Part shown: positions 44,326-54,100 of the stretch, piece by piece | Numbering within the stretch: the stretch's first letter is position 1 | How the letters are laid out: each line of letters opens with the position of its first letter | DNA from: a bacterium | GTDB lineage: Bacteria > UBA8248 | Direction of reading: 5' to 3' | Length of the DNA: 64,000 nt | NCBI GenBank assembly: GCA_965221165.1 | Contig: CBDCRP010000003.1 | Span: 1,376,001-1,440,000, forward strand | Position numbers and translations under genes: made by a program | The notes under the pieces: model-generated | The model's database searches: none | What the model was told of the DNA's origin: nothing | Seen by the model: only the letters and a program-made list of their open reading frames with translations

Positions 44326-44661
44326 TTATTTCTCCGGCGCTCGCCTTCTGATGCGCTCGATCCGGGCCATTTTCTCAGAAACCGCTTCGCCCAAATCTAT
44401 TCCCCGCGCATTGGCGTAGTTCATCACGGCGATCATGACATCCGCCGCCTCGTCTGTATAGGCCGCCATGTCGATTTCGCGGCCCTTCCATTCCTTTTTC
44501 TCCAGATTCGCGAGTTCGCCCGTCTCGCCCGCGAGTTCCAGGGCGAAAAACCGGGGCTCCCGCTCCGGAAACGCTTCTTCCTGATACCGCGCGAATTCGA
44601 CTTGTAAGGCGCGCAGGCCCTCATAGGAGCGCGGCAACCGTGGAGCGTCCTCGTGATCCAC
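44326..44661 (-). CDS. MazG-like nucleotide pyrophosphohydrolase
   Basis: LAGETGELAN..KK...DEAADV. GTG start with RBS AAAGGAG. Confidence 0.8.
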   Translation of the reverse strand: MDHEDAPRLPRSYEGLRALQVEFARYQEEAFPEREPRFFALELAGETGELANLEKKEWKGREIDMAAYTDEAADVMIAVMNYANARGIDLGEAVSEKMARIERIRRRAPEK

Positions 44662-44928
44662 CCGAACCACTCCTTTCGCGGAAGCCCGGGAGCCGGAAAA
44701 GTTCCCGCCGCCGAACCGGACGTAGCACCAGAACGAGTCAGCGCACTTCCGTGAAGCGCGCTGGTGCTTCAAGTTTCTCACTCAGAAACGAGGGCGTCAA
44801 TCGGCGGGCGCAAACCCGGATTGACGCCGAAAGCGCCAGATTCTACTCTCTCTCCAAGGTCATCATCATTTCGAGGACCAAACAGGCGCGAAGACGCCGC
44901 AAGAGAACCCAAACGGAGGGAAGTACCC

Positions 44929-45924
44929 TTGCCCAACATCGATTTGCACCACCACATCTACATCCCCGAGGCGGAAGCGCTCGCCGCCAAAGAGCGCGAA
45001 AGCCGCCCCCAGCACGCCGATAGCTTCGAGGGATTCTTCCCGCCGGAATCCTCCCGGTACAACGCGAAGATGACGGAGGAGAACTGGGCGGTGCAACTCG
45101 CCGACGCCGAGCGCAAGCTGAGCGACATGAAAGAGGATCGTCTCGACATGGCGCTGGCCTCCCCGCCGCCGCCCACTTTTTATTACTGGATAGGCGGGCG
45201 AGCGGGTGATGAGATCATCAGGGTCCAAAACGACGGCGTCGTCGATTTCTGCAACCAAAACGCCGCGCACTTCCGGGGCCTTTGCAACCTGCCCATGCAA
45301 AACGGAGGCGAGGCCGCCGCAGCCGAACTCGAACGCGCGATGGGCAAGGGGCTGCTCGGCTGCATCATCTCCGATCGCATCGGCGCGAACGCGCTGGACG
45401 AGCCCCAGTACGAGGAATTCTGGGCGGCGGCGGAGCGGCTCGGCGCCCTGGTGTTCATCCATCCCGATTTCGCGGACCTAAAAGCGCTGTTCCCCTACTA
45501 CATGGCGAACTGCATCGGCAACCCGCTGTCCACCACCGTGGCCGCCACAAGGCTCATCTTCTCGGGCCATTTCGAGCGCTACCCGAACCTCCAGCTACTA
45601 CTCGCCCACGCGGGCGGAAACCTCCCCTGGGCTATCGGACGCATCCAGCACTGCTGGGAGGCGCGGCCCGAGACGAAGGTGCACACGCCGCATCCCCCCC
45701 GGCACTATTTCAAGAATCTCTATTTCGACGTCATCACCTTCAACCCCTCCGCTCTCAAGTGGATGGTCGAGGAAGTGGGCGCCGATCGCGTCGTGTGCGG
45801 CACGGACTATCCCTACGACATGATGCAGCAGCGCGTCGTCGACTTCGTGGAGGGAGCGGGCCTCACCGAAGACGCACAGGATAAAATCCTGCGCGAGACG
45901 CCGGCGAGGCTCATGAAGATTTAG
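44929..45924 (+). CDS. Amidohydrolase family protein (ACMSD-like decarboxylase/hydrolase)
   Basis: IDLHHH, VFIHP, AHAGG, GTDYPYD. TTG start with RBS GGAGGG. Confidence 0.85.
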   Translation: MPNIDLHHHIYIPEAEALAAKERESRPQHADSFEGFFPPESSRYNAKMTEENWAVQLADAERKLSDMKEDRLDMALASPPPPTFYYWIGGRAGDEIIRVQNDGVVDFCNQNAAHFRGLCNLPMQNGGEAAAAELERAMGKGLLGCIISDRIGANALDEPQYEEFWAAAERLGALVFIHPDFADLKALFPYYMANCIGNPLSTTVAATRLIFSGHFERYPNLQLLLAHAGGNLPWAIGRIQHCWEARPETKVHTPHPPRHYFKNLYFDVITFNPSALKWMVEEVGADRVVCGTDYPYDMMQQRVVDFVEGAGLTEDAQDKILRETPARLMKI

Positions 45925-46018
45925 GCGCTCGCAGCGATGAGGAGGTAGTGATAGCAACATAGGCAGCCGTATCCGAACAAAACGATTCGCCGAAACCATT
46001 TCGAACGGAGGAATCGAC

Positions 46019-47191
46019 ATGTATATCGCCACGAAGGACGCCATACTTCCCACCACCATCACGGGCTCCCTGCCCCGGCCCGCCTGGTTTCGCCAGAACA
46101 TCGGGCGAAGGTCGTTTCGCGAAGCGATGATCGACGCGGAATTCCGCGAGCAGTATCTCGACAACGTCTCCTGCGTCATCCGGGATCAGGAACGCGCGGG
46201 GCTCGACATCGTGACGGACGGGGACGCGCGCTTCGACACCAACGTGGGCGGACGCGACTGGGTGGGCTACATCGTCGACAGGCTCGAGGGTTTTTCGGGC
46301 TATGAAACCTCGAGGAGCCACGCCACCTGGGGAGGGTCCGTGCCCGGCGAGATCATGTACGAGGTCCTGGAAGCCAGAATGCTCCCCAAGGTCACGGCCA
46401 AGGTGGGTGAAGGCCCCCTCGAATACGCACAGATGTGGCGCAGCGCGCAGGCGATGACCGATAAACCCCTCAAGTTCGGCTCCATCAGCGCTGATTGCGT
46501 GGAATCCATCATCTCGAACGAGTTTTATGACGACAGGCGCGAGCTTTGCCTCGATTTGTGCCGCATCATGGGCGCGGAATTTCACCGCCTCGCCGATGCG
46601 GGGTGCCAGATTTTCCAGGTGGAAGAACCCTGGGTGCACCGCTTTGATTTTCATTCGGAAGACTCCGAAATGTCGATGGAGTTCTACGTGGAAGCGTTCA
46701 ACAAGAGCGTGGCGGGCCTGCGGGACAAGCTCGAGCTTTGGTGCCACACCTGCTGGGGCAACCCGGCCCAGCAGAGATTCTATGAATCATCCAAAAGCTA
46801 CGCGCCCGCCCTCGAGTACATGAACGAACTGGACGTGGACGTGCTCACCTTCGAGTGCGCGAGCACGGGGGGCATGGACCTCGATGAAATCGGAAAGCGC
46901 ATCACCAAACCCAAGGTGGCTATCGGCGTCATCAACCACCGGGGGCTTCAGGTGGAGCGCCCCGAAGAAGTGGCCGCCCTCATCAGAAAGGCGCTCACGA
47001 CGATTCCCGCCGAGCGGCTTTGCATCTCCACGGACTGTGGTTTCGGCCGCGAGGGCATGAGCCGCCGCCATGCGTTCTACAAGATGGTGGCCCTCTCTCG
47101 GGGGACGAATCTGGTGAAAAAAGAACTCGGCCTGCCGGAAACCTACATACCGGCCAGCGACGGCGCGTTCACGCTGAGTGACGAGGATTAG
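46019..47191 (+). CDS. Cobalamin-independent methionine synthase II family (single-barrel, MetE C-terminal-like)
   Basis: TTITGSLPRP, GLDIVTDGD, Zn ligands HTC.GN, TFE and DCGFG. Confidence 0.85.
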   Translation: MYIATKDAILPTTITGSLPRPAWFRQNIGRRSFREAMIDAEFREQYLDNVSCVIRDQERAGLDIVTDGDARFDTNVGGRDWVGYIVDRLEGFSGYETSRSHATWGGSVPGEIMYEVLEARMLPKVTAKVGEGPLEYAQMWRSAQAMTDKPLKFGSISADCVESIISNEFYDDRRELCLDLCRIMGAEFHRLADAGCQIFQVEEPWVHRFDFHSEDSEMSMEFYVEAFNKSVAGLRDKLELWCHTCWGNPAQQRFYESSKSYAPALEYMNELDVDVLTFECASTGGMDLDEIGKRITKPKVAIGVINHRGLQVERPEEVAALIRKALTTIPAERLCISTDCGFGREGMSRRHAFYKMVALSRGTNLVKKELGLPETYIPASDGAFTLSDED

Positions 47192-47287
47192 AAGCCGGGA
47201 CCCCTTGACGAACGAGCCTGAGCGAGAGTTCAGAACCATGTGCATCGGCCAAAAGCGGCTGCTTTAAGGGAAAATCCGCTTCGCGCG

Positions 47288-49120
47288 TCATCCCTCGTTT
47301 CGCGCTTCCGCCACGCCCAAGGCCGTGCGCAACTCATCCCCGCCGAGGGTTTCCTGCTCGAGCAGGCGCGCGGTGAGCGCCTCGAGGTCGTCGCGCCTCT
47401 CGGTCAATATCCCCATCGCGCGCGCATAGGCGCCGCCCAGGATTTTTTCCACCTCCTCGTCCACCTCGCGCTGGGTCGCCTCGCTGATGTCCAACCCCGC
47501 CGCCGCGCCGTTCATCCCGTCGCCCAGAAACAGCGAGCGCGGCGCGCGGCCCAGGGCGTGCGGGCCGAAGCGATCGCTCATGCCGTACTCGGTCACCATG
47601 GAGCGCGCCATGTCGGTGGCGCGCTGCAAGTCGTTCTGCGCCCCGGTGGAGACTTCCTCGAAAACCACTTCTTCCGCCGCGCGGCCCGCGAGGAGCACGG
47701 CGATTCTTTCTTCGAGTTCTTTTTTCGAGAGTAGATACCGATCTTCCGTCGGGCGCTGCAGGGTATAGCCCAGGGCGGCCAGACCCCTGGGGATGATCGA
47801 GACCTTCTGCACCGGGTCCGCCGTGCCCACGAGTTCGGCCACCATGGCGTGGCCCAGTTCGTGATAGGCCACGCGGCGGCGCTCTTCGCTCGTCATGACG
47901 CGGGATTTCTTCTCGAGACCCGCCGCCACCCGCTCGAAGGCTTCCTCGAAATCGGCCATCGTCACCGCGTCCCTGTCATGGCGCGCCGCCAAGAGCGCGG
48001 CCTCGTTCGCCAGGTTGGCGAGGTCCGCCCCCGAGAGGCCGGGCGTCATCGCCGCGAGCCTGTCGACGTCCACGTCCTGGCCCAGCACCAGCACCTTCGT
48101 ATGCACTTCCAGGATGCGCCTTCTGCCGCTCAAGTCCGGCTTGTCCACCAGCACCTGCCTGTCGAAGCGTCCGGGGCGCAGCAGGGCCGCGTCGAGAATC
48201 TCCGGCCGGTTGGTCGCCGCCATGATGATGACCCCCTTGCGGGTGTCGAAGCCGTCCATCTCGACCAAGAGCTGGTTGAGCGTCTGCTCGCGCTCGTCGT
48301 GGCCGCCCGCGAGGTTCCCCATGCCGCGCGCCTTGCCCAGCGCGTCCAGCTCATCCACGAAGACGATGCAGGGGGCCTTCTCCATCGCCTGTTCGAACAA
48401 ATCGCGCACGCGCGCGGCGCCCAGACCCACGAACATCTCGACGAACTCGGACCCGCTGATGCTGAAGAAAAAGACCCCCGCCTCTCCCGCCACGGCCTTC
48501 GCCATGAGCGTCTTCCCGCAGCCGGGTGGACCCACCAGCAGTACGCCGCGCGGAATCTTGCCGCCCAGGCGCATGTAGCGATCCGGATTTTTGAGATAAT
48601 CCACCACCTCGGCGAGTTCTTCCTTGGCCTCGTCCACGCCCGCCACGTCGGAGAAGCGAACGCCTACCTCTTTTTCCGCATAAATCTTCGCCTTGTTCTT
48701 GCCGAAGGCCATCACCCCCTGGCCCGGCCCCATGCGCCGCAGCACGAAAGCGTAGATGGCGAAGAGAATCCCCAGGGGCAGCACCCAGCTCGTGAACACC
48801 TGCACCAGCCAGGGCGGCTCGAACTGGCCCTGAAAGATGACGCCCGCACCCTCCAGGAGCTTGATGAGTTCGGGGTCGGCCACCTTCGCGGTCTCGAAGA
48901 ATCTCTGCTGCCCGTTCTCGTCGCGTCTTTTGAGAATTCCCTGGAGGCGGTCTCCGCGAATATCGACCCGCTCCACGTCGCCTTCTTTCAACATGGCGCG
49001 AAACTGGTTGTAGGGGATGCGCTGGTAGCGCGCGCCCTGGAAGAACAGGGTGTGGATCAAGGACATGATAACGAATATGAAGAGAAAATAACCGATGGAA
49101 AACTGTGTTTTCTTGTTCAT
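47288..49120 (-). CDS. ftsH: ATP-dependent zinc metalloprotease FtsH
   Basis: Two [39 protein letters not shown]. Confidence 0.96.
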   Translation of the reverse strand: MNKKTQFSIGYFLFIFVIMSLIHTLFFQGARYQRIPYNQFRAMLKEGDVERVDIRGDRLQGILKRRDENGQQRFFETAKVADPELIKLLEGAGVIFQGQFEPPWLVQVFTSWVLPLGILFAIYAFVLRRMGPGQGVMAFGKNKAKIYAEKEVGVRFSDVAGVDEAKEELAEVVDYLKNPDRYMRLGGKIPRGVLLVGPPGCGKTLMAKAVAGEAGVFFFSISGSEFVEMFVGLGAARVRDLFEQAMEKAPCIVFVDELDALGKARGMGNLAGGHDEREQTLNQLLVEMDGFDTRKGVIIMAATNRPEILDAALLRPGRFDRQVLVDKPDLSGRRRILEVHTKVLVLGQDVDVDRLAAMTPGLSGADLANLANEAALLAARHDRDAVTMADFEEAFERVAAGLEKKSRVMTSEERRRVAYHELGHAMVAELVGTADPVQKVSIIPRGLAALGYTLQRPTEDRYLLSKKELEERIAVLLAGRAAEEVVFEEVSTGAQNDLQRATDMARSMVTEYGMSDRFGPHALGRAPRSLFLGDGMNGAAAGLDISEATQREVDEEVEKILGGAYARAMGILTERRDDLEALTARLLEQETLGGDELRTALGVAEARNEG

Positions 49121-49303
49121 CATCCCCTCCTTCGGGGAGAAAAGCGGCTGGTTCGCTCATCCGGCGGGCGCCGCGCGGAACTCCAAGGGCGCCACGGCCC
49201 GAGCATACCAAATTCGAAGCCGTACGGAAATTTCATTTATCCGAGAGGCGCGGGCCGGCGCTCCCGGGCCGGGGAATCCTGAAACCCCGCGAATCGGCGC
49301 ATA

Positions 49304-49852
49304 TCAGGAAGCCACGCCGTTTTCACTCAACAAGCGTGGATTCGCGGTCAGAATGGATAATTCCGCATGCTTGAAATCGGCGTCATGCGTCACGAGCGTG
49401 AGGCCCTCTCTCTCGCACAACTGCGCGATCACCTGGTCGTTGAAATCGGAATGGCCCGCGCCGTAGGCGTTCAGCATGTCATCCACTTTCAGCGTATCGA
49501 AGCCGCTCGCCACCTGTGCGCACTGGCTCGTCACCAGCTTGACGTCATGGGCGATTTCCAAGGCGATCGACTCGAAATCCTCGCTCCTGCGGAAAAATTT
49601 AAAGTCCTTGATGTCGGGCCTGCGGTTTTTCCATTCCCGTCTGGCGTATGCGTTGATGAATTCCGAAACGACGAGCACGTCGATGTGGATGCGGCTCCTC
49701 GCCTCATGGATATCGCGAAGGGCTTGCGAATACACGTTCACCTGGCGGGTTGCCTTCGGTTTTTGCGGAACGTAGATGTACCACCAGACGTTGGTGTCCA
49801 GGAACAGGCGATCCTCAGGCGTGAATGTGTAGCCGCGCACGTCACGCGTCAT
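49304..49852 (-). CDS. PIN domain ribonuclease
   Basis: LFLDTNVW, SEFIN, DFND, VTHDADF. The acidic tetrad is intact. Overlaps the upstream gene. Confidence 0.85.
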   Translation of the reverse strand: MTRDVRGYTFTPEDRLFLDTNVWWYIYVPQKPKATRQVNVYSQALRDIHEARSRIHIDVLVVSEFINAYARREWKNRRPDIKDFKFFRRSEDFESIALEIAHDVKLVTSQCAQVASGFDTLKVDDMLNAYGAGHSDFNDQVIAQLCEREGLTLVTHDADFKHAELSILTANPRLLSENGVAS

Positions 49853-50207
49853 CGTCTTCGCCCTCCAGCGCCTCGCGGCTCGCCTGCTCGAATCTCTCCG
49901 GGTCCTTGAAGTAGCGCTTGGCCGTCTCGACGACGCGCTTCAAGAGCGCGATATCGTCGGGCTCCATGTCCGCCACGTTCAAGGAGCGGCGAATGCGCTC
50001 CTCATCGAATTTCCCGTACAACTGGCCGATCGCGGTGTTCAGGAAGGCCGAGGTCAGCATCGTGACGTTGTGGAACGAGAGCACCGCGCCGTGGCCCTGC
50101 GCGAGCACGGAGGCGAGGCGCTCATACACCTTCTGCCCATCGCCGGAAGCGACGCAAAGAGGACTGCCCACCACTTCAAAGATGGATATGGCGATATCTT
50201 TGCGCAT
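49842..50207 (-). CDS. STAS-like DUF4325 protein
   Basis: CVASGDGQKVY...VLSFHNVTMLTSAFLNTAIGQLY pattern. Confidence 0.8.
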   Translation of the reverse strand: MRKDIAISIFEVVGSPLCVASGDGQKVYERLASVLAQGHGAVLSFHNVTMLTSAFLNTAIGQLYGKFDEERIRRSLNVADMEPDDIALLKRVVETAKRYFKDPERFEQASREALEGEDDDA

Positions 50208-50221
50208 CCGCGTCCCCTTTC

Positions 50222-51094
50222 TCAAAAAATATCATCGGCGCTCACCTCGGAAGCAAGGCTGTAGGAACTCGCATCCGAAATGTTGACTTCGAGGCTGACC
50301 ACGGTGCCCGGAAAAGGGTGGCCCAAAGTCCCGGTGGAGAGGTCGCTTTTTTTCTTCTCCCAATACCCGCCGTCCGACACGATGCGAAGGCAGCCGCCGT
50401 TGAGCTCGATGAACTCGCCGAGCAATTTCAAACCCAATCCGCCCGGCACGCCGGCGCGCTTGGTGGTATTGTGCGCCTCCGTGGCCCAGATGATCGCATC
50501 CACCGACCCCAGATTGTGCCCCGTGCGATCCCTGATGTTCCGGCGCATGCCGACGCCCAAGTCGACCACCGTGAAATCGAGCCTGTCCTGCGCGGGAAAG
50601 AATTGCCCGCAACTGAATATCCCCAGGCGGGTGTCCGAATGCAGCACGGCGTTGCTGAATATCTCAAAGATGCTTTCGCGGAATTTTTTCGCCAATCCCG
50701 GCGACATCCCGGGCAGGTCGGAGCGGTGGATGAACTCCCTCTCGATATAGCCGGAAAAATAGTGGTCGTCCCGCACGTCGAACCGCCGGTAGGAAATGGC
50801 CGCTCCCCAAGAATCGGGAATCTTCTCCCGCCCGTAATGACTCAGAAAACCGTTTTTCGAGAGAATTTCCGCCACCTCGTCGGTGGCACCCAGCAGGCGC
50901 ACCGTGTTCAACTGGCGTCCCAGACGATAGAGAATCGCGCCGAGGGCCGCGCACATATCGGCCTGGAAGCGTTTCGTTTCGCTCAAGTCGATCTCTATTT
51001 CTTCCAGGAAACAATCCTTCGTCTGCGCATGGAGCAGCGTCAGCGCGTCGAAGCTCTCCTGGTCGTGGCGAATCTCCGGCAGGGGGTATCTCAC
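50222..51094 (-). CDS. GHKL/HATPase (anti-sigma kinase-like) protein with N-terminal STAS-like region
   Basis: N box EIFSNAVLHS, G1 DLGVGM, G2 GGLGL, G3 GTVV. No His-phosphoacceptor domain or TM. Confidence 0.8.
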   Translation of the reverse strand: MRYPLPEIRHDQESFDALTLLHAQTKDCFLEEIEIDLSETKRFQADMCAALGAILYRLGRQLNTVRLLGATDEVAEILSKNGFLSHYGREKIPDSWGAAISYRRFDVRDDHYFSGYIEREFIHRSDLPGMSPGLAKKFRESIFEIFSNAVLHSDTRLGIFSCGQFFPAQDRLDFTVVDLGVGMRRNIRDRTGHNLGSVDAIIWATEAHNTTKRAGVPGGLGLKLLGEFIELNGGCLRIVSDGGYWEKKKSDLSTGTLGHPFPGTVVSLEVNISDASSYSLASEVSADDIF

Positions 51095-51288
51095 ACCATC
51101 ACCTCGGCATCACGAATGCGTCGCCAAACGAAAGGCGCGAACAGCCCGACTCTATGGGCCCTGCACCGCCTTTCCCATGCGTTTTTCTTCTCAGGTGAAG
51201 GTAAAACACGGCTTTGCGTTTGTCCATGGTGTGTGGAGGGGGTGTGGCGGGAAAAATATAAGCAAAATCGTTTACATGCAAAAAAGAA

Positions 51289-51318
51289 ATTGTAACCCGA
51301 GAGGTGATAGGTTACAAT
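51289..51318 (+). promoter_or_regulatory. higBA promoter/operator
   Basis: TTGTAA-N17-TACAAT coincides with the inverted repeat ATTGTAACC-N12-GGTTACAAT. The ATG is 6 nt after the -10. Confidence 0.75.
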
Positions 51319-51324
51319 CTGCGA

Positions 51325-51603
51325 ATGATCGTCCACTTCCGACACAACGGTCTCAGGCGTCTCTATGAGAGGGGGGAGCGACGGCGGATGCCGGCAGTAT
51401 ATGCCGCCAAAATCGAGCGGATACTCTCCCGTCTCGATGAGGCCACGATGCCGGCGCACATGGACTTGCCAGGCTACCGGTTGCACCCTTTGAGAGGAGA
51501 ACTCGCCGGGTTCTGGGCGGTGAGCGTCTCCCGTAACTGGAGGATCGTGTTTCGCTTCGATGGCGAGAACGTCACTGATGTGGATTTAACGGATTATCAC
51601 TAG
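51325..51603 (+). CDS. higB: HigB toxin (RelE/ParE family)
   Basis: MIVHFRHNGLRRLYE, PGYRLHPLRG, WAVSVSRNWRIVFRF, DYH. Confidence 0.92.
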   Translation: MIVHFRHNGLRRLYERGERRRMPAVYAAKIERILSRLDEATMPAHMDLPGYRLHPLRGELAGFWAVSVSRNWRIVFRFDGENVTDVDLTDYH

Positions 51604-51617
51604 AGGAGGATTAAGAC

Positions 51618-51902
51618 ATGGCCATGAAGAACCCGCCCCATCCGGGTCTTTCCGTCCGTTACGATTGCCTGGAACCGCTGGATTTGAGCGTCACCGAAGC
51701 CGCGCGGAAGCTCGGCGTGAGCCGCAAGCACCTCTCTAGCCTCGTCAATTGCCGATCGGGAATCTCGCCCGAAATGGCGATTCGCCTGGACAAAGCCTTC
51801 GGCGGGGGCGCCGAGGTGTGGTATCGCCTCCAGACGGCCTACGACTTCGCCCAAGCGATGAAGCGCGCCGACGAGATCGAGGTCGAGCGGGTGGGGGGGT
51901 GA
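51618..51902 (+). CDS. higA: HigA antitoxin (HTH)
   Basis: [35 protein letters not shown]. Confidence 0.92.
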   Translation: MAMKNPPHPGLSVRYDCLEPLDLSVTEAARKLGVSRKHLSSLVNCRSGISPEMAIRLDKAFGGGAEVWYRLQTAYDFAQAMKRADEIEVERVGG

Positions 51903-52012
51903 GTTGCAACCATGTGCGGATTACGTCGTCTTGAATCCATCATGCGGGTATCGTAGGCTGTGGACGCCGCGTCAGAAGTAGTGTCCGTTTACCGGGATGG
52001 AGAAGTAAGTAT

Positions 52013-53560
52013 ATGAGCGATTCACCCGCGCAAAATCCTCTCGAGCTTGAAGTAAAAAATTTTGGGCCTATCAACGAGGCCAAGATCGATCTGCGCCCTT
52101 TGACCGTGTTCGTGGGACCGAGCAACACGGGCAAATCCTATCTGGCGGTCCTGATCTATGCGCTGCATCAGTATTTCAGTGACCGCTTTAGTATCGACGC
52201 GCTTTCTGGCTACCAACCTTACCCGATAGATTACAACATCTTCTGGAACGACAAAGAGAATCCATTTCACGAAGAAATCCTCAATGAACTTGTTGAATGG
52301 GCAGAGCAAACATTTGTGGATAAAGAAGAGTCGTCGGACGAGAGAAGCATTCTAATACCCGAATCCGTTTCAAGTTTGGTTCGTTCCGCGTTTTGCCAGT
52401 TTGACGCGCAGGGCGGCAATCTCGACGCTGAAATTAGCAGGTGCTTCGGCCTTAGTAAAACGAAAGCGTTGATTCGTAAGAGAAGCCAAGGAGGCGCAAA
52501 GGTCATTTTAAGAAAGCATGTCTCTGAAGATTCAGAACCTATTGTGCACAAGCTGACGATCGATACTCGAAAAACTGTACCTACTACCTCTGTTCCCCTG
52601 AAGATTCCTACACGGACCAATTCACAAATTCATAGCACATATAGAGAATTACTTCGCTGGAAAGCAGAAACAAAATCCGAATATGAGCTAATTGTGGCTA
52701 AGAATTTAATAGGAGCTTTAGTCGCTAGTATCTTGTCTTCTCTCGTCGAGCCCTTGTATTTGCCCGCGTTCTATCTCCCCGCCGACCGCACAGGCATCAT
52801 GCACGCGCACACTGCGGTCACCAGCGCCTTAATCCGTAGGGCCCCAATGACGGGTCAGCGTCAGGCTCCCCCCACTCCGATGCTTTCGGGTGTTCTGGCG
52901 GATTTTCTCGAACAATTGATCAACCTTGACAGTCATACTTATCAAGGGCACTGGCCACACCGATGGAATGATCTTGGGGATCAGATCGAAAAATCCGTTC
53001 TCGATGGGACAGTTCATATCCAGAGATCAGAAACCGGTTACCCGCGCTTCACGTATCGACCGGAAGGATGGAAGGACGACCTCCCCTTGATGAACGCCTC
53101 CTCCATGGTGTCGGAACTCGCACCGGTGGTGCTGTATCTGCGGCATGTGGTAAGACCCGGCAACGTATTGATCGTCGAAGAGCCGGAATCGCACTTACAC
53201 CCAGCCATGCAAGTCGAGTTCACACGGCAGCTTGCGGTGCTCGTTCGTGCGGGCGTTCGAGTGATCATCACGACGCACAGCGAGTGGATTCTGGAGGAAC
53301 TCGCCAACATCGTGCGGCTATCCGGTCTGCCTAAGGCCAAAAGAAAGGGGATTGAAGGCGGCGACATCGCCCTGCGGCCAGACGAGGTGGGGGCATGGCT
53401 GTTCCAGCCGAAAAACCGCCCCAGGGGGTCGGTCGTCAAGGAAATCCCACTCGATGATGATTCGGGGCTTTTCCCGTCCGGTTTCGATGAGGTAGCCGTT
53501 GCGCTACACAACAACTGGGCCGAGATATCCAGCCGAGACCGAGGTGGTGCGAACGGGTGA
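52013..53560 (+). CDS. ABC-type (AAA_15/AAA_21-like) ATPase
   Basis: VKNFGPI, Walker A GPSNTGKS, signature ASSMVSEL, Walker B/D-loop IVEEPESHLHP, H-loop TTHS. Confidence 0.88.
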   Translation: MSDSPAQNPLELEVKNFGPINEAKIDLRPLTVFVGPSNTGKSYLAVLIYALHQYFSDRFSIDALSGYQPYPIDYNIFWNDKENPFHEEILNELVEWAEQTFVDKEESSDERSILIPESVSSLVRSAFCQFDAQGGNLDAEISRCFGLSKTKALIRKRSQGGAKVILRKHVSEDSEPIVHKLTIDTRKTVPTTSVPLKIPTRTNSQIHSTYRELLRWKAETKSEYELIVAKNLIGALVASILSSLVEPLYLPAFYLPADRTGIMHAHTAVTSALIRRAPMTGQRQAPPTPMLSGVLADFLEQLINLDSHTYQGHWPHRWNDLGDQIEKSVLDGTVHIQRSETGYPRFTYRPEGWKDDLPLMNASSMVSELAPVVLYLRHVVRPGNVLIVEEPESHLHPAMQVEFTRQLAVLVRAGVRVIITTHSEWILEELANIVRLSGLPKAKRKGIEGGDIALRPDEVGAWLFQPKNRPRGSVVKEIPLDDDSGLFPSGFDEVAVALHNNWAEISSRDRGGANG

Positions 53561-54021
53561 CGGGATTAGTGGATGCGGTCCGTGAAAAAGTTTCTCCCAA
53601 ATGCCTCTCAAGGAAATGTAGCAGGCCCGGGTGTAGTGTTCCCCTGAAAGATGCGCCTAACCCACGTTTGATTATCGACTTCGACAAACCGGACTCGCCG
53701 CTCGGCGAGCGTGATACGAGTTGCGACTTCCTGTTTATCGCCGAAGGAGATGACGAATCAGCCTGGGTCGCGCCGCTGGAGTTGAAAAGCGGTGGGATAG
53801 ACGCCAGCGAAGTCATCAAACAACTTCAAGCGGGCGCACGCGCCGCCGAGAAACTTGTTTGCAGAAACCTTCCGGTCAATTTCCGCCCAATTGTCGCCAG
53901 TGGAAACCTACCTAAAGCAGAAAGGACGGCGATAAAGCGGACGATAAGGTTTCATAGAGATTCCATGCCAGTCCGCCGAATCCGTTGCGGCGCTCCGCTA
54001 ACCCAAGCGCTTCGCCAATGA
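53557..54021 (+). CDS. Hypothetical protein, PD-(D/E)xK-like nuclease candidate
   Basis: GTGA overlap with the ATPase stop. CDFLFI...LELKSG...QLQAG resembles the D..ExK..Q restriction-like core. Confidence 0.6.
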   Translation: MTGLVDAVREKVSPKCLSRKCSRPGCSVPLKDAPNPRLIIDFDKPDSPLGERDTSCDFLFIAEGDDESAWVAPLELKSGGIDASEVIKQLQAGARAAEKLVCRNLPVNFRPIVASGNLPKAERTAIKRTIRFHRDSMPVRRIRCGAPLTQALRQ

Positions 54022-54100
54022 ATACCTAGAACTCGAAAAACGCTACCCTCTTCTCCCCTTCATCCCCTGAACCCCCATTCCCCCCCCACCCCCCTCCCCC

